DNA of 64,000 nucleotides from Blasia pusilla (taxonomy: Eukaryota): NCBI GenBank assembly GCA_050084515.1, contig CM114271.1, forward strand, positions 46,810,001 to 46,874,000. The letters run 5' to 3'. The position numbers and the translations under genes are program-made. The notes beneath the pieces are model-generated. The model searched no databases, was not told the origin of the DNA, and saw only the letters and a list, made by a program, of their open reading frames with translations. Below are positions 53,011 to 64,000 of the stretch, one piece after another (position 1 is the first letter of the stretch; each line of letters begins with the position of its first letter).

Positions 53011-54939
53011 TGAGTGGCTCCCTATCCAAAGGAATCTCCAAACAGTTCTTGGAAGGATCTCTCCTGCTAGATCGTTCTTCATAGAAATTTTTGATCTCCC
53101 TCAAGAAAGATCTTTGAAGTACAATTGATATACTTTGTGGTAGCAACAAGAGATATGAAACAATTTGCAATAAACTCTAAATGTGTGATCATTGGTCAAT
53201 TGTAGCTTGGCTTTACTCAAGAGAACTAGGCTCAATACAACAACATAGTTGCAATATATCATAGATCCCAACCAGGTCAGATCTAAAGAGGATGGGCTCA
53301 AAATGAGCCTCCTCAAGGATATACTCCCCACGAGCACTCCATGGTAGCGTGTGTGCACAAGTTACCACTCCATAGCATGTCACTATCAACTTGGAATACA
53401 GAACTGGCTCGCACTCCACATAACTCTACACCTAATCCCTTGATCAAAAGTGAATATGCATAATCAATACAGAAAGGCCTCTCCTAGGAGGTCAATCTCT
53501 CTAATCTTACCCTTCTTGAGCCTTATAGGCTCAAGTGGAACTACTTAAGCATGAAACACACTAATGTGCCAACTAACACGAAAGGAAAGGGTGATCTGTA
53601 CATACAGGTGAACTCTAAGGTAGCAAATTACCACAACACACCCAAAATGAGCATAAAAAAGGACTCCTTTAAGTCTCAATGTAATCCCATCTACCTCCTT
53701 ACAGTCATGAGAAATTCAACCACTAGGAACTTACCCAACTCAAGTCTTCCACCTCCTTTTCAGGATCACGCATTCTTGGTGTCTTGTCGAAGAAAAAACT
53801 TCAAAGGCAAGGGGCATGTGAGGGTAGAGCAATGTGAGGATGATTGAGTTCCATATGGCGCACTCATATTGGATCCATACCCATGGGAGGGAGTTTTATT
53901 ATGCCCACAATGGAGGTACCACCGAAAATATTTACTCAAGTCCTTGGAACATGGATTCTGGTAGTGGTCATAGGTTTTGTCGATGATGAAGAACCTTGGG
54001 TCCCCTAAGAAGGCTAAAGTTTATTCCTTTGCATCTCTTTGCGACCTCCAAATAAAACTCTTTTTTTTTCTTCTTCTTCATTCAACCATCCACGTGAATT
54101 CCTTTATAAATGCACCACTCACAACTCACCGTCTCTTCCCACACGAATTCCTTCCCCTCTCAAAGCTGTCGGATACCACATATCTCACAACATAATGTTT
54201 GCATTGGTTGTATTTCTTTTCCAAGACCACGTAATACCACAAGGGGTATCTACGACCTCTCCATAGACTTTTCCCAAGTAGGAAAACAGTTTTGCTTGTA
54301 GCAAGAATCCGATGACCACCCATAAAGGGAATGAATTTTGTTCGAAATCCGCATAAATCAAAACAGGGCATTTATTTATGAGCTTAAGTCAACTAAGCAC
54401 CTAGTCATCGCATATCGAGGAAACTATTTCCTTGGGAAGTACTTCTTCGAGTACCCGATTCTTTTGATATGTTGAAGATTATGCTCTACTCAAAATCTTT
54501 GATACCCCCTACTATGTAGCTATGGATCATCCTCCACCACGTTCTACCCAAGTGTTCGTTCTACACTTCACAATCTAGTTTTGTTCGTTAACATGCATCG
54601 ATTTGTGCTTCCTCGAAAAAACAAAAATAAATATGTTCTGATTATTCGCCACCCCACTGCTCGGGCACTGCCCCTACTATTTCCTGTCCTTTCCCCTCGT
54701 TTGCGAAGTCATCCATGAATGCATTCTACGCGAGGAATGTTCCTTACAGAATATGACCCTTAGAATACTCCAATAGCGCTCCCATATGACGCCCCCTCAT
54801 GGAGCCAAGGACTCGACGATTTTTCGCGATCTCCGAGTTGTAGTCGAGATCGTCGTTTTCTTCATTTTGATTTTCTCGGAACGGGGAAAACATAGGAAGG
54901 ATCGATCGATGACGAGTCGCATTATTATTTCGTTCCGTT

Positions 54940-55548
54940 TGGTCCCCTACACCTTCGGCGGGGGCGGGGGCGGGCGGGGCAGGGCAGGTGAGATGATCGA
55001 CGAATGTGCGGTTAAGAATATCTGAGAACGCAAGGACCGTATTGCAACCATATCATGGACGTGGGGTGGGGTCGCGCGACATGATGCTGTCCAGATAGGA
55101 GGGGTAGGAAACGGATGCAAATCTGGAAGACTCGACGGAGAAGGTGCAGACGTCTAGACGCCAATTGGATCCCGCGAGGCGGAAGCGATAGGAAAAAGGA
55201 CAGCTCCCGTCCGTCCGCGGGTTCGGAGCCCCGGTCGCTGGTACAGGCCACGTCAGGAGTTGTGGATACCGCCGCGGACACCGGAACAGTGGTGGTTTTG
55301 TAATCTTGCGCGAGAGCGGTTCCGAAAATTGTAGGCGCGGGCAGCAAGGAGCGTGGGGAAAAAGAAAAGGTGGAGGAGGTGAAAGAGAGGGAAGGACAGG
55401 GGTTCGCTCTTCTGTGGTGTCGGACGGTGTTGTGCGGCAACAGACAGCTTTTGCCCTTCAGTCCTCCCTCGCCTTCCCCAAGCTGCTTGTCCAAGCCCCG
55501 CTGCTAAGCGCTAAGAGCTAAATAATCGCCCTTTAGTAGTGACGAGCC
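54940..55548 (+). promoter_or_regulatory. GC-rich, CpG-retaining putative promoter region of PgiC
   Basis: Abrupt switch from TE debris to CpG-rich DNA; GGGGCGGGGGCGGGCGGGGC at 54961-54980; directly upstream of the first candidate exon. Confidence 0.45.
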
Positions 55549-56879
55549 ATGCAAGCAGCACCCACCCCACCCGCCTTACGGCATCGGCTACTTCCGAGTG
55601 GCCAGCAGCGCCGTGATTACCGTCTGCGTTCGGTTACCACATCCGCCTCCCGATTGCGGACACCTGCTACTCCTGCCATCTGCGGATCGCGCGTGTGCTT
55701 CCGCCCGTCGTCTCTCGGGTAGGCTTGCGATCTGAGTTTGGAGCTCGGCGTTTGTTCTCCGTGTAGGCTGTGATGGTAATGAGGTTTCCAAGGTTGTGGG
55801 ATTTGATGTCGAACGCGGGAGCCTTGCCAGAGTAGCGGATTGCATTCTCTGGTGTGGAGGTGGCGTGCAAGCAAATCTGTATGTTGATTCTATGTCTCGG
55901 ATAGGCGTTTAGAAATGCTTCATTTTGAGGACTCGGTGCGTGAGTCTCGTGCGGCATGGCATGTTGGTGATTTCGAAAGTTTTGATGGACGAATTGGTTG
56001 ATGCCTAGAGTTCACTGCGAAATTTTCGTGGTGTCTACGCGCCTCCGATCTTGCTTTGAATAGCGAGCTCAACGCTCATCTCGCTAGAAGGGCCTTTCAA
56101 GGTTTTTCAGATCGCATCGTCTGCGTAGATGTAGAAAAGTAGATTCGTTTTCTTCCGCTGCTTGGACGAAGAGTCTAGAAACGTTTCGTTTCAACGATGA
56201 AACGAGCGAGCGTGGCTAGGCATGATATTTGTTTAATTTAATCCCCAACCAAAGAATTAGGCAACGTAGATTGTGAAATTCGGAATTGCTCTAGATTGGT
56301 CTCCGTCTGCTACACGAGCTCAAGTTTCCCTTGAGGGGCATCCCTTTGTAATTTGTTTCTTTGCATCCTGCGTCATGGCCTCGTGTGGAGGCGGGAGACA
56401 AAGCTGTTTCTGCCTTCGTCCCGGATGATCTTGAAGAAAAATTGCAAGTCGATGACTAGTTGCGTATGGCGATTTGTTGATGTGTGTTTTGAAAGCAAGA
56501 ATTGGCCGAAGTTGATAGTAAAGTACTGAGTCGGACCTTTGTCGATCTGCATTTAGCATAAGTGTGACAGACAAAACTGCATTTAGAGGTGAGCTGCACG
56601 ACTTGTTTGAATTGGGATTCGGCGTCCAATTCAGAGATTCCAATCCTCAAGGGACTTGAAATCGTCTTCATGAAAAGAAGCGTCGCAGATGCACAGACGA
56701 GAGAGTTACATTACACTTGCGAAGAAGATGAGGATAGTTTTGCGATTTAGTTTTGTCCTAATCCATTCGCTAAATGTGCTTCTTATGACGGTTGGTGCCA
56801 GTACAGAAGGATCAGGTTTCGCACCAATCAAGCGGCGCAACAACCACTCTTTATTACTCATCGCCGCACTGAGGCCATG
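55549..56879 (+). CDS. Candidate 5' exons of PgiC: 55549-55718 and 56807(or 56802)-56879, the latter ending in GCCATG|GT
   Basis: The first conserved exon (57622) has no ATG and starts in phase 0. Exon 56807-56879 supplies ATG|GTACTT. An ATG at 55549 with donor GG|GTAGGC splices in frame to 56807. Confidence 0.45.
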
Positions 56880-57621
56880 GTACTTCACATTCGCTTGATT
56901 GGAAGCAAAATCCTCTTTTCTAATTCGCGTAGCTCAAATTGAAAGAAAGGATTTCTTGAAGGCAGTCGGGACAGAAAAACACATGAGAGGAAAGACAAGT
57001 TCCGAAACATTCATTACGTGGAAGTTGTGAGGTAATATGGAGCAAGATGAGTTGTCTTTTAAACTGGAAGAAATACCTTGAGTAGTGAATGGATTAGATG
57101 CGCTTTCGTGCCGATGGCCTAACAATTTAGGTGAAGGTAGGATTCGGGCACACGTGCAGTCTCCCTAATGGACAGGTTGACATCCATAGCTTAAAAATGC
57201 CTTGTAATCATCAGGTGCCGGGCGGTGCCAACAGTGAATGAGTCACAAGAGTCAAGATGTTGAGAATAATCAAATGGAATGTTATGTGGCCGAGTGTGTG
57301 TGGTTGCATTCACATGGAGTGCTTATGCGTAGAATATCTCACGGAGACTCGCAACTGTTGAATGTGAGAATACTCAGAGGACGATGTGGCTGAGATGTGG
57401 TGTTTTGGAATGTGTTCTGAGGTATTATCATGAATGACATCAAGAACGTCAAATGGGTTTCCTGGCATACTGTGCATCGACCTGTAATAAATTGTTACCT
57501 CAAGGACTTCATTATATCTGCCTAGCAACGGCCCGAATAAATTAACATGTAATTATCCATTGTGCATGGAGATATCCAGTTAAGAGCAATTGCGATCTAA
57601 ACTGGTCGTTCATGCATGCAG

Positions 57622-64000
<6,379 letters not shown>

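Noticed and set aside
55012-55494. 160-aa minus-strand ORF upstream of PgiC
   Set aside because: It is a GC-rich promoter-like region where long chance ORFs are expected; no domain and no ATG start.
55767-55775. 9-nt microexon GCTGTGATG as the PgiC start
   Set aside because: It would need a 48-nt intron from 55719. ATG|GTAATG remains possible only as the end of a longer first exon.

Overview
Eukaryotic plant nuclear DNA, most likely from a non-seed land plant (inference from the gypsy lineage and the PgiC intron pattern). About 50 kb is nested, decayed transposon debris: five LTR families that I label A-E (several as solo LTRs with 4-5 bp TSDs), a complete 5,979-bp non-autonomous CACTA element, Helitrons and a LINE fragment. 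There are two host genes. One is an intact two-exon secreted beta-lactamase-family serine hydrolase (19394-21344, minus). The other is a multi-exon cytosolic-type glucose-6-phosphate isomerase (PgiC, about 55549 to the window end, plus). The most striking signal is a Ty3/gypsy pol (PR-RT-RH-INT, minus, 37857-40940) whose integrase is followed by the C-terminal part of a DNMT3/DRM-like cytosine methyltransferase (motifs IX-X), i.e. a methyltransferase-carrying LTR retrotransposon family. Other observations are a large inverted duplication at the window start, clustered fold-back hairpins, an array of palindromes inside a long LTR, a possible transit-peptide isoform of PgiC, and an apparent homopolymer frameshift in PgiC. 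All calls were made by eye with no database searches, so boundaries of degenerate elements are approximate.
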